64,000 nucleotides of DNA, from contig CAXXKX010000005.1 of assembly GCA_963676655.2 (NCBI GenBank), positions 171,955 through 235,954 on the forward strand, written 5' to 3'. Numbering within the stretch: position 1 is the stretch's first letter; every line of letters begins with the position of its first letter. Shown here piece after piece: positions 1 through 10,379 of this stretch. Below the pieces are notes generated by a model that saw only the letters and a program-made list of their open reading frames with translations, had not been told where the DNA came from and did no database searches. Both the position numbers and the translations under genes were made by a program. This DNA comes from Victivallales bacterium. Its GTDB lineage: Bacteria; Verrucomicrobiota; Lentisphaeria; Victivallales; Victivallaceae.

Positions 1-1786
1 AGAAGTAATTGTATTCAAAAATGCGACCGGGTATAATATAGAATTCTTTCTTTTTGAAATTTGAAGTGTAGAAGAAATCTTTCATCGCACCGCCGGTATA
101 AGCCAACCGATAAGCCAGTTTTTCATAATCTTTTTCGGATATCCGGTCAACGTATGCTCCGGACTTTAATGATTCTGTACGATAGATAGTATGTGTTAAG
201 TCGGATCTTCCGGTCTTTTTTCTTGAAACCCTGCACAGTATGAGCGCAGGTTTTGCAAGCCAGTTTTCTGGATCTATCCCGGATTCGGCACTTCCCCATT
301 TTATCCTGATACCCTCTGCGGTCTTTTCAAACTTGACCTTAGGCGGAGAAGGCGGAAGTGACAGCGTCAAAGCCATCTTATATCCGGACTTCCGGTCTTT
401 TACCAACACCTTCAATTCTTTCACGCTCCCAAGTTCAGGGAGAAAATACTGATCACAGAGACTCGGTTTATGATCAAAATAATATTTAAAAGTATTTTTC
501 GAAACCGGATATATTCTTACATTTCGACATATTATTTTTGTAAGTTCAAAATTATTCCTGTCCGAAATCAAGTAACGGCGACCCTGATAATCAATCCCGA
601 CGCAGGCTGCGACTGGAATTCCAAAGTGAGCATTTATTGAGCCTCCCGTATTTTTCCCGCCGGAAAGCCATCCTGGAAAACCGTCCGGATAAACTTCTTT
701 GATGTCAACAATTTCTCCGTTTTCCGTGTTCTGGCCTTTAACGCATACGGACTCATGTTTCAGTTTATCCCAAATAAAATACTTATCACTGTATTTTCCG
801 GTTTTGTAAAGCAGAATAAAGTTAACCGGATCTCCTTTCGGAAATGCCGTCTTGTAAACACGCTTTTTACTCAGGGAATCATAAGTATAAGATACAAGCG
901 GGACTTTAACTGTCGGAAAAGCTTGAACCAGCTTCCGGCCGGAAAGAATTTCAAGCCTTATCCATATATTGTTCCTTTTATATCGCAGCGGATCTGCAGC
1001 AATAATCCTGACATAAGACAGCGGTATTTTATCAAATATCTTCCTAAAGCGGCTGGAGCTGCCAACCGATTTCTTACTTAGCTCAAGAGACCTCGCCAGT
1101 CTCGCCCTGACTCGCGGATCCTTTGTTTTTCTCATGGCATCTTCAATTCTATTGGTACTGTCCTTCCTTAAATCCCCTCGCGTCGTATTTTTTATTATGC
1201 CTTCGCCGCACAAAACATATTCACCATCCCGGGTAGACGAGGAGTACAACCTGGCGGTTAACGGCGCCGCCGGTTTTTCAGCAAAACGGATGCTTCCCTG
1301 AGTGTAAACATGAGGTTTGCTATGTTCACTTCCTTTACTATATTTCAGTTGAATATCCCATGAAACGATTCTGCATGTTTCAACATCAGCGGAACTTTCA
1401 GAGACTGCAGGTGATTTCGTTACCGCCGGAGAAGCCTGGGCGGCAGGAATTACAAGTTGTTTGATTCGGGTAAACAGTCCGGAAGAATTTTTTTCCCGTA
1501 CGATAACTGGCTTTTCCTGCTTTTCAACAAGAGCTTCCGTTTTCCGTAATTCTAACGATTTGTCCTTGGATATGTCCCATTTATTGAAAACAAGCAAGCC
1601 AAACATCACCAGCATAAGACAGAAAGACGTATACATAACGATGAAGGCTGCTTTATATTGTTTGTCCGATCCAGTGACCGGCGGCGGCGACATCAGGATT
1701 TTCCGGCACTTGGCACAAAATATCGCACCGGAAGTCAACACGCAGCCGCAATGCGGACAAATATTTTTCTCTGTTTGCTGCTCCAT
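1..1786 (-). CDS. Partial CDS (3' end beyond left edge): zinc-ribbon N-terminus, one TM helix, large extracytoplasmic part; hypothetical
   Basis: Checked codon by codon: no stop from ATG 1786 down to position 2, with in-frame TAA upstream at 1793-1795. N-terminus MEQQTEKNICPHCGCVLTSGAIFCAKC, then hydrophobic AAFIVMYTSFCLMLVMFGLLVF. Absent from ORF track because no stop lies in the window. Confidence 0.7.
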   Translation of the reverse strand, partial: MEQQTEKNICPHCGCVLTSGAIFCAKCRKILMSPPPVTGSDKQYKAAFIVMYTSFCLMLVMFGLLVFNKWDISKDKSLELRKTEALVEKQEKPVIVREKNSSGLFTRIKQLVIPAAQASPAVTKSPAVSESSADVETCRIVSWDIQLKYSKGSEHSKPHVYTQGSIRFAEKPAAPLTARLYSSSTRDGEYVLCGEGIIKNTTRGDLRKDSTNRIEDAMRKTKDPRVRARLARSLELSKKSVGSSSRFRKIFDKIPLSYVRIIAADPLRYKRNNIWIRLEILSGRKLVQAFPTVKVPLVSYTYDSLSKKRVYKTAFPKGDPVNFILLYKTGKYSDKYFIWDKLKHESVCVKGQNTENGEIVDIKEVYPDGFPGWLSGGKNTGGSINAHFGIPVAACVGIDYQGRRYLISDRNNFELTKIICRNVRIYPVSKNTFKYYFDHKPSLCDQYFLPELGSVKELKVLVKDRKSGYKMALTLSLPPSPPKVKFEKTAEGIRIKWGSAESGIDPENWLAKPALILCRVSRKKTGRSDLTHTIYRTESLKSGAYVDRISEKDYEKLAYRLAYTGGAMKDFFYTSNFKKKEFYIIPGRIFEYNYF

Positions 1787-1985
1787 ATCTCCCCGTTATT
1801 CAAGAGTATTTTATTTGTAATATCTATTACCAGGTATTTATTATATAGACTCTTTAAAAGTACAAATCTTTGCGGATTTTAATTTTTTTGCAAAAAAGAT
1901 AAAAAAAACGCAAAGAATAATCACTAATTATAGTCTCATATAACAGAATAATCAAAGATTTTTTAAACGAATAACTGGATTAATT

Positions 1986-2516
1986 ATGAGTTCAATGCCG
2001 GAGGACGGGGGGGCGTTTCCCGACCACGAAGAATTTGACCGATTCTTTAAAGAACACCTGCCGATGGTCAGACGGGTCGTCTTCAGGATCATGCTGGATG
2101 AGCATGGCGCTGATGACGTGGTGCAAACAACCTTTATCAAGGCGTATCACAAAATGCATACCTTTAAAGGAAAATCGAAAATCTCAACCTGGCTGTGCCG
2201 CATCGCCTACAATGAAACCATGACCTGGCTGCGGAAAAAATCTCAACAGCCGGCGTCGCTCGAATGCGTATATGCCGACGAACGCGCCAAAGATAAAACC
2301 GAAGGTCATCTGCTAAGTCTTGAAACTTTTAATGAAATAACCGCCGCGCTGGCGGAAATCCCGGAACATTTGAGAGCGGCGATAACCCTGGTCGCAATTG
2401 AAGAGACTCCAACTGACGAAGCCGCCGCAATCATGAATTGTTCACCGGCAACCGTCTACTGGCGCGTTCACAAGGCCCGGAAAATCCTGAAAAACAAACT
2501 TGGACACTTATTATGA
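1986..2516 (+). CDS. ECF-type RNA polymerase sigma factor (sigma-70 group 4)
   Basis: 176 aa. Region-2-like DDVVQTTFIKAYHKMHTFKGKSKISTWLCRIAYNETMTWLRK and C-terminal region-4 HTH EAAAIMNCSPATVYWRVHKARKIL. Confidence 0.85.
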   Translation: MSSMPEDGGAFPDHEEFDRFFKEHLPMVRRVVFRIMLDEHGADDVVQTTFIKAYHKMHTFKGKSKISTWLCRIAYNETMTWLRKKSQQPASLECVYADERAKDKTEGHLLSLETFNEITAALAEIPEHLRAAITLVAIEETPTDEAAAIMNCSPATVYWRVHKARKILKNKLGHLL

Positions 2517-3232
2517 AAAAAGATATTGACAATCTGTTAAAACAATGGGACGCGCATTCCCGTCAAGGAGACCTTACTCCGGATGAAATGGCGTCAAGGA
2601 TAAAGCAATCCCTGGACAACTCCCCGGTCGTCATCAAAGAGCCGGAGCCGCATCAGCGGACTGTTCACATCAACTGGATTTACGCTGCCGCCGCCGCGAT
2701 AATCATTCTGACCGCAACGATCGGCGTATTGGTTCAGCAATTGCACCGCGTCAAACATTTTCCGGAATTCCAGGGAATCAGGAAATCCGAGCTGGCTGAA
2801 CTGAAAAAAATAAACAACGAGTTACGCCTGCTTTTTCCGGACAGCCTGAACAGTTTTTGTATTGTCAACGGAGCTATCTCGATCAATACGGGAACTGCCG
2901 AATCTAATGATGATGTCGGCAAACAACAACTCCTGGTTCGTTATTCCGTCATGCAGAAACAGCACGATAAATGGGTGACTGTGGCCCGAAACGATATTGT
3001 TACCCAAGTTGGCAGGAACGTACAGTTAAGCGATAACGGCAAGACCCCGAAAGGCTATATCTGGTCATGGCCGGCCGATAAAAACGTAATCGCGCTTGAA
3101 AGCGACATCAATATCTCTGTCGGCAAGCGTAAATTTCCGATCAAGTTTTTTGGGGGACAACAATTAAACGTTCCGAACAAATTAAAAGAAACCGCAAACG
3201 TCAAAATATACCAAACGGTAACCCTGATCTGA
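2513..3232 (+). CDS. Putative anti-sigma factor (single-pass membrane protein)
   Basis: ATGA start/stop overlap with the sigma gene (ATG 2513, TGA 2514-2516). TM helix INWIYAAAAAIIILTATIGVLV. Function inferred from position only. Confidence 0.5.
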   Translation: MKKDIDNLLKQWDAHSRQGDLTPDEMASRIKQSLDNSPVVIKEPEPHQRTVHINWIYAAAAAIIILTATIGVLVQQLHRVKHFPEFQGIRKSELAELKKINNELRLLFPDSLNSFCIVNGAISINTGTAESNDDVGKQQLLVRYSVMQKQHDKWVTVARNDIVTQVGRNVQLSDNGKTPKGYIWSWPADKNVIALESDINISVGKRKFPIKFFGGQQLNVPNKLKETANVKIYQTVTLI

Positions 3233-4086
3233 TGAAAATATTTTTTACAATCATCATGCTGCTGCTATGCCGAATGTGCCTCGGAGCAATTCCTGAACTC
3301 AGCATTTTCGCCGGCAGAAAAACCGAAATACCTGTCCAGCTGGATCATTTGAAAGGGCAGCTGTTCACCTGGACCCTGAAATTCAAACACCGGACAATTG
3401 ACGATGGCAATGGAATCGTCGATGTCACCGGCAAGGCCTTAATCGAACTGAAAGTCCCGGCTGTCAACCCCGGGGTAATAATGAACTCGGTTCTCAAGGT
3501 GGGAGAACAGGTCATTCGTAAAGTCAAAATTTATTATCCGAATCCTTTTAAAGGGGCTGAATTATCCGGTAAACTGCTGCTTTGGGATGCAGAAAATGAA
3601 TCACCAATCAAGGAATTTCTTTTACAGTTCAAGCTGCCTTATGAAACAACCAACTCTCTGGCATCAGGTCATTCTGCGAACATCCAGCTTATTTTCGGAA
3701 TTGACCTTGGAAATCAGCATGGCATACCGGAAAAAATGCTCAAGGTGTGCCGAAAAGGCGGAACAATTATTTGCGTTTTACCGGAAAAAACATCTGTCAC
3801 TTTTACCGGTTCAGGAATCAAAAATATCACAATTGAAAAAAATACTGACTGCACCGAACATACATTGCAATTTGAGCAGAAAGGGGCTTTAACCATATCA
3901 AACAGCCCTGCAGATGAAGGCTGCAACGGGATTATGATTGCAGTGCCGCCTGGTAAAATATTTTTTTACCCTGTTCGTCGGATAACATCTATGCAAAACT
4001 CCCCATCGGAACTATATTCATTCGCTAATATTTTAATATCTAAAAAAACAAAGGAGAAAAAAGATGAGAAAAATGTCAATTTTTAA
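3232..4086 (+). CDS. Secreted hypothetical protein
   Basis: 284 aa with N-terminal signal-like MKIFFTIIMLLLCRMCLGA. Start overlaps the upstream stop by 1 nt. Confidence 0.6.
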   Translation: MKIFFTIIMLLLCRMCLGAIPELSIFAGRKTEIPVQLDHLKGQLFTWTLKFKHRTIDDGNGIVDVTGKALIELKVPAVNPGVIMNSVLKVGEQVIRKVKIYYPNPFKGAELSGKLLLWDAENESPIKEFLLQFKLPYETTNSLASGHSANIQLIFGIDLGNQHGIPEKMLKVCRKGGTIICVLPEKTSVTFTGSGIKNITIEKNTDCTEHTLQFEQKGALTISNSPADEGCNGIMIAVPPGKIFFYPVRRITSMQNSPSELYSFANILISKKTKEKKDEKNVNF

Positions 4087-4999
4087 CGTTATCATAAAAG
4101 CGGTGCTTCCACTGCTTTTTCTTACCGGGACAACTTTATACGCAGCCGAGCCCCGCATGACCTCCGCGGCCATTCTCTCGTTTTCTGAACGAGGCAAAGG
4201 GGTCCAGGGAGTTGGAAGCCAGATCGGCGACCTGATCTTTGCCAAAATGGCTGAAGAATGTCCTGATATAATACTGGTAGAGCGCCAGGCGATCAAGAAA
4301 ATCCTTGATGAGTTGCATTTGAATGCAACCGGAATGGTATCCCAGGATACCGCCAACAGGATCGGCAAGCTGACCGGCGCCCAGATCCTCATTACCGGCT
4401 CGATTTTTAAAATCAACAATAAAACATTTCTGATCGCCAAAATTATTGGAGTCGAAACCGGCCAAGTCCTTGGAGCCAGTGTGAACGGCAAAGGCCAGAC
4501 AGACGAACTATGCGAAAAGTTGTCAGAAAAAATTGCCAAAACTCTGGCAACAAAAACCTCCAAGCTGCTTCCTAAGGAAACCAGTCAAGCAGATATTATA
4601 GCGGAACTGAAGAAAAAAATAAGCGGCAAAAAATTGCCGACTCTGTACATAAATATTCCGGAAAAGAACTACACTCAACCGACAATTGATCCGGCGGCCG
4701 AAACAGAAATCAAGCTGGTTTGCCAAAAACTTGGTTTCAAAATTGTTGATTCACCGGGCAAGGCTGATGTTAAAATTACTGGAGAAGCCTTCAGCGAATC
4801 TGTTCCGGCGATTGGCAAATTTTTCTGTGCCAGAGCCAGACTTGAGGTCAGTGCCAAAGAAAACGACAATACGTTGGCAGTCGACCGTCAAACCACTGTC
4901 GCCGCTGACATTGTCCAGCGAACAGCCGGCAAAACAGCCCTGCAAAAAGCGGGTTTAAAAATAGCCATCAGACTAATCCCGCAACTGGTGGTAAAATAA
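4064..4999 (+). CDS. CsgG/HfaB-like secreted/lipoprotein family member (tentative)
   Basis: 311 aa with signal peptide. The segment ILSFSERGKG..IGDLIFAKM..ILVERQAIKKILDELHLNATGMV..ANRIGKLTGAQILITGSI resembles the CsgG-family core pattern as I remember it. Confidence 0.45.
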   Translation: MRKMSIFNVIIKAVLPLLFLTGTTLYAAEPRMTSAAILSFSERGKGVQGVGSQIGDLIFAKMAEECPDIILVERQAIKKILDELHLNATGMVSQDTANRIGKLTGAQILITGSIFKINNKTFLIAKIIGVETGQVLGASVNGKGQTDELCEKLSEKIAKTLATKTSKLLPKETSQADIIAELKKKISGKKLPTLYINIPEKNYTQPTIDPAAETEIKLVCQKLGFKIVDSPGKADVKITGEAFSESVPAIGKFFCARARLEVSAKENDNTLAVDRQTTVAADIVQRTAGKTALQKAGLKIAIRLIPQLVVK

Positions 5000-5017
5000 A
5001 ACATTGGAAACATACCT

Positions 5018-5050
5018 GTCGCCAGTAAAATATACTGGCGACTTTATTTA
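5018..5050 (+). terminator. Rho-independent terminator between convergent genes
   Basis: Perfect 9-bp stem GTCGCCAGT / ACTGGCGAC with 7-nt loop, followed by TTTATTTA. Confidence 0.6.
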
Positions 5051-5057
5051 TTGAATT

Positions 5058-6020
5058 TTAACTCTGAAGTTTTCGGAAGCAATAGATCACTGCTCCGGCA
5101 GGTCCCATACCTTGGCTTAGTTGTTTTTTGTTGACTCGGTTGGGATTATCGAATTTCGCGCCCATTTCACGGATGAATAATTTTGAACCGAGAATCGCTC
5201 CGTCGCTGAAGTGGCGGGTGCGCCGCAGGAAGCGTACCGGCATTGATTCTTGACGTTTGGCATGTTCCTGAGCCTCAAATATCTCTTCGCTTGAGGCTCC
5301 GCTCTCAGCCGCAATGATTCGCGCCAGTTCACTCCGGAAATAGTTGAAAAGATCGCTATCGGTCCATTTTGAGGTGTCGCGATGCCAGATGTTTTGTTTG
5401 AGATGTTTGACGAAATTTGCTTGAAACATGTGTTTTCCCGTTCCGCAGTAGCGTCCCCAGGTTGTGAAATGGTAGTCGGCTGGATTGGTCGTTAGTCCGG
5501 CTCGGACTGGGTTTAATTCGACGTATAAAACGCACGCTTCCAGGGAATTGCGACTGTCGAGAATAACGCTTTTGAATTTATTGGCCCAGAGTTTGCCGAT
5601 GCGGTCACGGGATTGGTTGTAGACGACGGTGAAACGTTGTTGGAAGGCGCGCATAAAGTAGCTGATGTCGATCATTTTCAGGCCGGTTTCGCGGCATATT
5701 TCGGGATTAGCCGGGTTGATTTTTGGCATTTGTTTCGGCGCATAAGTATACTTGTCTAACATGCTGCTGTAGTAGTTGTTGTGTCGTCTGGCAACCTCCT
5801 CGATCGACGGCAATTCGTCCGGCCCGGGAGCGTAAACAATCACATGAAAATGGTTGCCCATCCAGGCGGCTGAGATGACCTCGATCAAGAAATATTCGCA
5901 AAGATTTTGCAGCAGTCGGAAGCCGTATTCCATGTCGACCTGATTGAACGGTTTTTCGCCTCTACAGCCTGAGGTACGGTTCATCAGATGATAATAGCAG
6001 CCTTCACCCTTAACTTTCAT
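5058..6020 (-). CDS. Long Y1 (HUH) transposase-like protein, IS200/RAYT superfamily; paralog of 20233..21204
   Basis: 320 aa. HUH motif in WMGNHFHVIVYAP and Tyr motif in YVELNPVRAGL. Collinear similarity to the 323-aa ORF at 20233..21204 along the whole length. Confidence 0.65.
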   Translation of the reverse strand: MKVKGEGCYYHLMNRTSGCRGEKPFNQVDMEYGFRLLQNLCEYFLIEVISAAWMGNHFHVIVYAPGPDELPSIEEVARRHNNYYSSMLDKYTYAPKQMPKINPANPEICRETGLKMIDISYFMRAFQQRFTVVYNQSRDRIGKLWANKFKSVILDSRNSLEACVLYVELNPVRAGLTTNPADYHFTTWGRYCGTGKHMFQANFVKHLKQNIWHRDTSKWTDSDLFNYFRSELARIIAAESGASSEEIFEAQEHAKRQESMPVRFLRRTRHFSDGAILGSKLFIREMGAKFDNPNRVNKKQLSQGMGPAGAVIYCFRKLQS

Positions 6021-6170
6021 TCGTATTCCGCGTCAGCCATGATTTTTCCTCCGTTTGTTGATGAGTTTGCTGTTAATATAGTGGGTGGAAACGGGTTTGT
6101 CAAATTAAAAATTACTTGATTTAATAATTAAACATAAGACATTATCTATTAAGATGATAATGCGATGGTT

Positions 6171-6791
6171 TTATTGAATTATTCCCATTCCGACAAGAAT
6201 TGCAACAGTGATAATCAATGAGCCGATAATAAATCCAATCAAAGCCGGCAATGAAAGCAATAAACCTATCTTCATTAGTTTTGCCGGTGAAGCCGACATA
6301 ATATCTGGCGTGGAATTGGCAATAGATGCGGCACTCTGATCGCTGCCACCGGAATCTGAAAATTTCTGCATTACAGCCAACCCACGGATGAAGTCCAGAC
6401 GGGCATTTTCCAACTGACGGCTTGCTTCAGCCAGTTCGGATTGACTAGAGTTTGCACTTATTTCAAGTTTTTCCAGTTCATCGGAAACATTTTCAACAAA
6501 GTCAAGAAACTTTTGAGCCTCAACTATCAATGCTTTTGAATTATCAATCCGATGCGCCAGGGTGATCGATGCTTCGGCACAGCGGCCCATCAAATCGCGC
6601 CTGGCTGCCCGGAAGTCATCACCACGTTTACTTAACGCTTTACTCAATGATGTCGAAGTCTCAGCAGCAGTTCCATTACCATCCGGGACCGCTTCTGAAT
6701 GAGTGTTAGCGGCAATTTCCGCTTTCTTCAATCGTTCCCGCATCCGATGTAAATCGTTTGTGACAAAATCTTCTTTTCGCAGTGGAGGCAT
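6171..6791 (-). CDS. Hypothetical coiled-coil protein with C-terminal TM anchor
   Basis: 206 aa. C-terminus LLLSLPALIGFIIGSLIITVAILVGMGII is hydrophobic. No recognisable family. Confidence 0.5.
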   Translation of the reverse strand: MPPLRKEDFVTNDLHRMRERLKKAEIAANTHSEAVPDGNGTAAETSTSLSKALSKRGDDFRAARRDLMGRCAEASITLAHRIDNSKALIVEAQKFLDFVENVSDELEKLEISANSSQSELAEASRQLENARLDFIRGLAVMQKFSDSGGSDQSAASIANSTPDIMSASPAKLMKIGLLLSLPALIGFIIGSLIITVAILVGMGIIQ

Positions 6792-6806
6792 ATAAAACTC
6801 CTGTGT

Positions 6807-8030
6807 TTATCCCGGTAAATTAATTCCCAGACGCTCGGCAACATAATCAGCGTCTTTATCGCCGCGACCGCTCAGATTGACCAGGATTTTAACGTCTTTC
6901 GGCAGAGATGCAGCCAGTTTGGCCGCGTGCGCTACCGCATGTGAACTCTCGAGTGCCGGAATAATGCCTTCCAGACGGGACAAGCGCATAAACATCTCAA
7001 GGCACTCGTCATCGGTAGCGGAAACATACTCAACCCGCTCGATGTCTTTTAACATACAGTGCTGCGGCCCTACCCCGGGATAATCCAGTCCGGACGCGAT
7101 TGAGTGAACCGGCAGCGGTTCGCCTTTGTCATCCTGCAGAACATAGCATTTGAAACCATGAATTGTCCCGCGACTTCCTTTGGACATGGTTGCGGCATGT
7201 TGAGTGGTATGCAAGCCGAACCCGGCAGGTTCAACGCCAATAAGTTTGACTTCATCATCAGTCAGGAACGCGGTAAAAATTCCCATCGCATTACTGCCGC
7301 CGCCGACACAGGCAACACAATAATCCGGCAATCCGCCGGTCATTTCAATCATCTGCTCACGCGCTTCCCTGCCGACAATGCTTTGGAAATCGCGTACCAT
7401 CATCGGAAACGGATGCGGTCCGACTACGGAACCGATCGCATAAAAGTAATTATCCGGATCTTTCAGCAGCTCTTCAAACGCGCTGTCAACCGCGTCTTTC
7501 AACGTTGCGGTTCCGCGGGTTACCGGAATAACATCCGCGCCCAGGATCTTCATCCGGGTGACGTTCGGATGTTCTTTTTTAATATCAACCATCCCCATAT
7601 GGATTTCACATTTCATACCGATCAGGGCACAGGCTGTTGCCAGCGCCACTCCGTGCTGTCCGGCTCCGGTTTCGGCAATAACTTTGGTTTTGTTCATGAA
7701 TTTTGCCAGCAGAGCCTCACCCAGACAGTGATTGATCTTGTGTGCGCCGGTATGATTGAGGTCTTCACGCTTCAGATAAATCTGGGCGCCTCCGCAATCA
7801 GCGCTCAGGCGTTTGGCATGATAAACCGGACTCGGGCGTCCGACGTAATGCTTATTCAAGGATTCAAGTTCATCCTGAAACTCTTTGGTCTGGATGATTT
7901 CTTTGTAAGAAGTCGCAATGCGGTTCATCACCTCGACCATAAATTCTGGCAGAATCTGGCCGCCGTACTCTCCAAAATAACCATTTTCATCGGGTAATTT
8001 GCTAGCATCCAAAAGTTCGTGAATCGGCAT
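6807..8030 (-). CDS. trpB: Tryptophan synthase beta chain
   Basis: 407 aa. PLP-lysine context [17 protein letters not shown], plus [25 protein letters not shown] and [10 protein letters not shown]. Confidence 0.9.
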   Translation of the reverse strand: MPIHELLDASKLPDENGYFGEYGGQILPEFMVEVMNRIATSYKEIIQTKEFQDELESLNKHYVGRPSPVYHAKRLSADCGGAQIYLKREDLNHTGAHKINHCLGEALLAKFMNKTKVIAETGAGQHGVALATACALIGMKCEIHMGMVDIKKEHPNVTRMKILGADVIPVTRGTATLKDAVDSAFEELLKDPDNYFYAIGSVVGPHPFPMMVRDFQSIVGREAREQMIEMTGGLPDYCVACVGGGSNAMGIFTAFLTDDEVKLIGVEPAGFGLHTTQHAATMSKGSRGTIHGFKCYVLQDDKGEPLPVHSIASGLDYPGVGPQHCMLKDIERVEYVSATDDECLEMFMRLSRLEGIIPALESSHAVAHAAKLAASLPKDVKILVNLSGRGDKDADYVAERLGINLPG

Positions 8031-8104
8031 ACTGAAGTCCTTTTTATTATTGACAAAGTAAAGATAAAAGATAGCCCTGAATCACTGATTTTTCAAACAA
8101 TACC

Positions 8105-9133
8105 TCAGAGTTTTTTGCCGGAAAATGAGATGCGCGGGTCAACCAGAACATAAAGCACGTCAGACAACAGAATTCCGCTCAAAGTCAAGGTTCCGGCAAT
8201 CCCGAACAATGCCATTTGCAACGGATAATCACGACTCGTAAGCGCCAGCAATGACAATGAACCCATTCCGGCAATTGAAAAGACATGTTCGATAATGATA
8301 CTGCCAGCCACCAATCCCGGCAGCAAACCGGCAAACAGCGTAATCAGCGTAATTAAAGAATTGCGCAATGCATGCTTGAAGATCACGTAAAATTCGCTAA
8401 CCCCTTTAGCTTTGGCGGTACGGATATAGTCCTGTCTAATAACCTCTATCATCCCGGTTCTGGCATATCGCGACAATCCGGCAAAGCCGCCGTAAGCCAG
8501 ACATAGCACCGGCAGGAAATAATGCATAAACTGCGATCCCATAATTTGCCAGGTGGTCATCATCGAAGTATCGCCTATCTCCAAACCTTTCAAGGGAAAT
8601 ATCGGGAATTTGCCGCCGCTGCACAATGTCGCCTGCAGAACCAGCCCGACCCAGATGACCGGCAGCGAGTACATAAGGAACAACACAATGGTCACCCCGC
8701 GGTCAAACTTGCCGCCTGGGTTCAACGCGGAAAAAATCCCCAGCGGAATAGCCAGCAGATAGGTAATCAATACCGCCCAGATATTGATCGACAACGTAAC
8801 CGGAAGCCGTTCGCCGATCATCTGCAGCACCGGCCGACCGGGATCGACGGTCGCGGAGGAGCCGAAATCACCATGCAGCACAACGCCTTTCAACCAGTAG
8901 AAAAAACCGATATAAGCCGGTTTGTCAAGATGCAGTTTTTCCCGCATCGCGGTATTTTCCGCCAACTCGTTTTTATCCGAACTGACCTTGCCTGCATTCT
9001 GATCCCCGCCCAGCAGATTGGTCGATCTGGTGGGATCACCGGGAGCCATACGCAACAGGAAGTAACTGACCGCCACAATCACCAGCAGCGTCAGCAAAGC
9101 CAAACCGATTCGTTTTATAATATATTCAAGCAT
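8105..9133 (-). CDS. ABC transporter permease, DppB/OppB-type
   Basis: 342 aa. N-terminus MLEYIIKRIGLALLTLLVIVAVSYFLLRMAPGDP is typical of peptide/nickel ABC permeases. Multiple TM segments. Confidence 0.8.
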   Translation of the reverse strand: MLEYIIKRIGLALLTLLVIVAVSYFLLRMAPGDPTRSTNLLGGDQNAGKVSSDKNELAENTAMREKLHLDKPAYIGFFYWLKGVVLHGDFGSSATVDPGRPVLQMIGERLPVTLSINIWAVLITYLLAIPLGIFSALNPGGKFDRGVTIVLFLMYSLPVIWVGLVLQATLCSGGKFPIFPLKGLEIGDTSMMTTWQIMGSQFMHYFLPVLCLAYGGFAGLSRYARTGMIEVIRQDYIRTAKAKGVSEFYVIFKHALRNSLITLITLFAGLLPGLVAGSIIIEHVFSIAGMGSLSLLALTSRDYPLQMALFGIAGTLTLSGILLSDVLYVLVDPRISFSGKKL

Positions 9134-9275
9134 AGTCGTACTTTAACTCTGAACAACGCATTTTGCAAAACGACATCTGTTTTTTATCCATAAAGATTCA
9201 TGGAACTTTTTAATTCATTTTATTGTCTGTTGACTTGGATAAGATTAACTGTATATATCAGAAGGTTGCAGAAAA

Positions 9276-10367
9276 ATGAAAAATAAAATTACTTTAGTCA
9301 TAGTCGGCGCGGGCGTTCTATGCTTTGCGATAGGTTATTTTTCACGTCCGGACAATCCCTCTGGAAAAAACTCTAAAACCGTCGTAAAAGAAGCTAATAA
9401 TCTGCAGGATGCGTTTGTAGCGACGGCCGAATCGGCTTCTCCGGCGGTAGTCGTCATCAGGACCGGACGTAATTTTGTCCAGCAGCGTGACCGCTATAAT
9501 TTTATTCCCGGCAAAACCCCGATCTACCGCGTCCCGCAAAATCAAGGTTCAGGATTTTTTGTCACGACATCCGGTTACATCGTCACCAACAATCATATCG
9601 TTCGTGGGCAGGATTACTTTTCAGTCAAACTGCATGACGGCAGAACCTTTCCGGCCAAACTGGCCGGCGCCGATCCGGCCAGTGATCTGGCGGTTTTAAA
9701 AATCGATGCGCAGGAAAAATTACCGTTCCTCGAATTTGCCCCCAAGGGCAGCGTCAAGGTCGGACACTGGGCGATTGCCATCGGCGCGCCGTTCAATCTG
9801 GCCCACACGGTTACCGCCGGAATCGTCAGCCATAAAAAACGCTCAGTCGGCTTGAATCTATATGAAAATTATATCCAGACCGACGCCTCGATCAATCCCG
9901 GCAACAGCGGCGGCCCATTGCTCAATCTTCACGGTCAGGTCATCGGGGTAAACGACTTTATTCTCTCTCCCGGAGGCGGCGGCAATATCGGCCTGAGCTT
10001 CGCAATTTCAGCTCCGCTGGCAAAACAGATCACCAAACAATTGATCGATAACGGCAAAGTATCGCGCCCCTGGCTTGGAGTTGCCCTCGCCGCCCTGCCC
10101 GATGAACTCAAAAAACGCACCAAGGTCAGCCGCGGCACAATTATCACCGGAATTCAACGCAATTCCCCGGCGGCCTTGTACAACCTGCACACGGGTGATA
10201 TTATCATGGAAGTAAACGGCGTTGTCGTCAACGATTCGTCAGATGTCCAACAGGAAATCATGAAACTTATCCCCGGAGCCTCAGTCGAAATCAAATATTA
10301 CCGGAACGGTCAAACCGCCAAAGTAAATATCCCGACCACCCAGGCTCCAGATTTCCGGCAGCAATGA
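9276..10367 (+). CDS. HtrA/DegP-family serine protease (trypsin-like domain + PDZ)
   Basis: 363 aa. Catalytic Ser context [18 protein letters not shown], His context TNNHIV, and a C-terminal PDZ-like segment. Confidence 0.85.
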   Translation: MKNKITLVIVGAGVLCFAIGYFSRPDNPSGKNSKTVVKEANNLQDAFVATAESASPAVVVIRTGRNFVQQRDRYNFIPGKTPIYRVPQNQGSGFFVTTSGYIVTNNHIVRGQDYFSVKLHDGRTFPAKLAGADPASDLAVLKIDAQEKLPFLEFAPKGSVKVGHWAIAIGAPFNLAHTVTAGIVSHKKRSVGLNLYENYIQTDASINPGNSGGPLLNLHGQVIGVNDFILSPGGGGNIGLSFAISAPLAKQITKQLIDNGKVSRPWLGVALAALPDELKKRTKVSRGTIITGIQRNSPAALYNLHTGDIIMEVNGVVVNDSSDVQQEIMKLIPGASVEIKYYRNGQTAKVNIPTTQAPDFRQQ

Positions 10368-10379
10368 GTAGCTAAACTT

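Noticed and set aside
240-1882. Plus-strand ORFs 240..452, 755..1081, 1461..1820 and 1658..1882
   Set aside because: They are antisense shadows of the uninterrupted 595-codon minus-strand ORF (1..1786). Their compositions are low-complexity and none has an SD.
7104-7997. 297-aa plus-strand ORF
   Set aside because: It lies entirely antisense to the well-supported trpB gene and is R/F/H-rich in an unprotein-like way. The same reasoning rejects 8522..9193 (antisense to the permease), 14068..14676, 18043..18627, 45979..46722 and 61192..61941.
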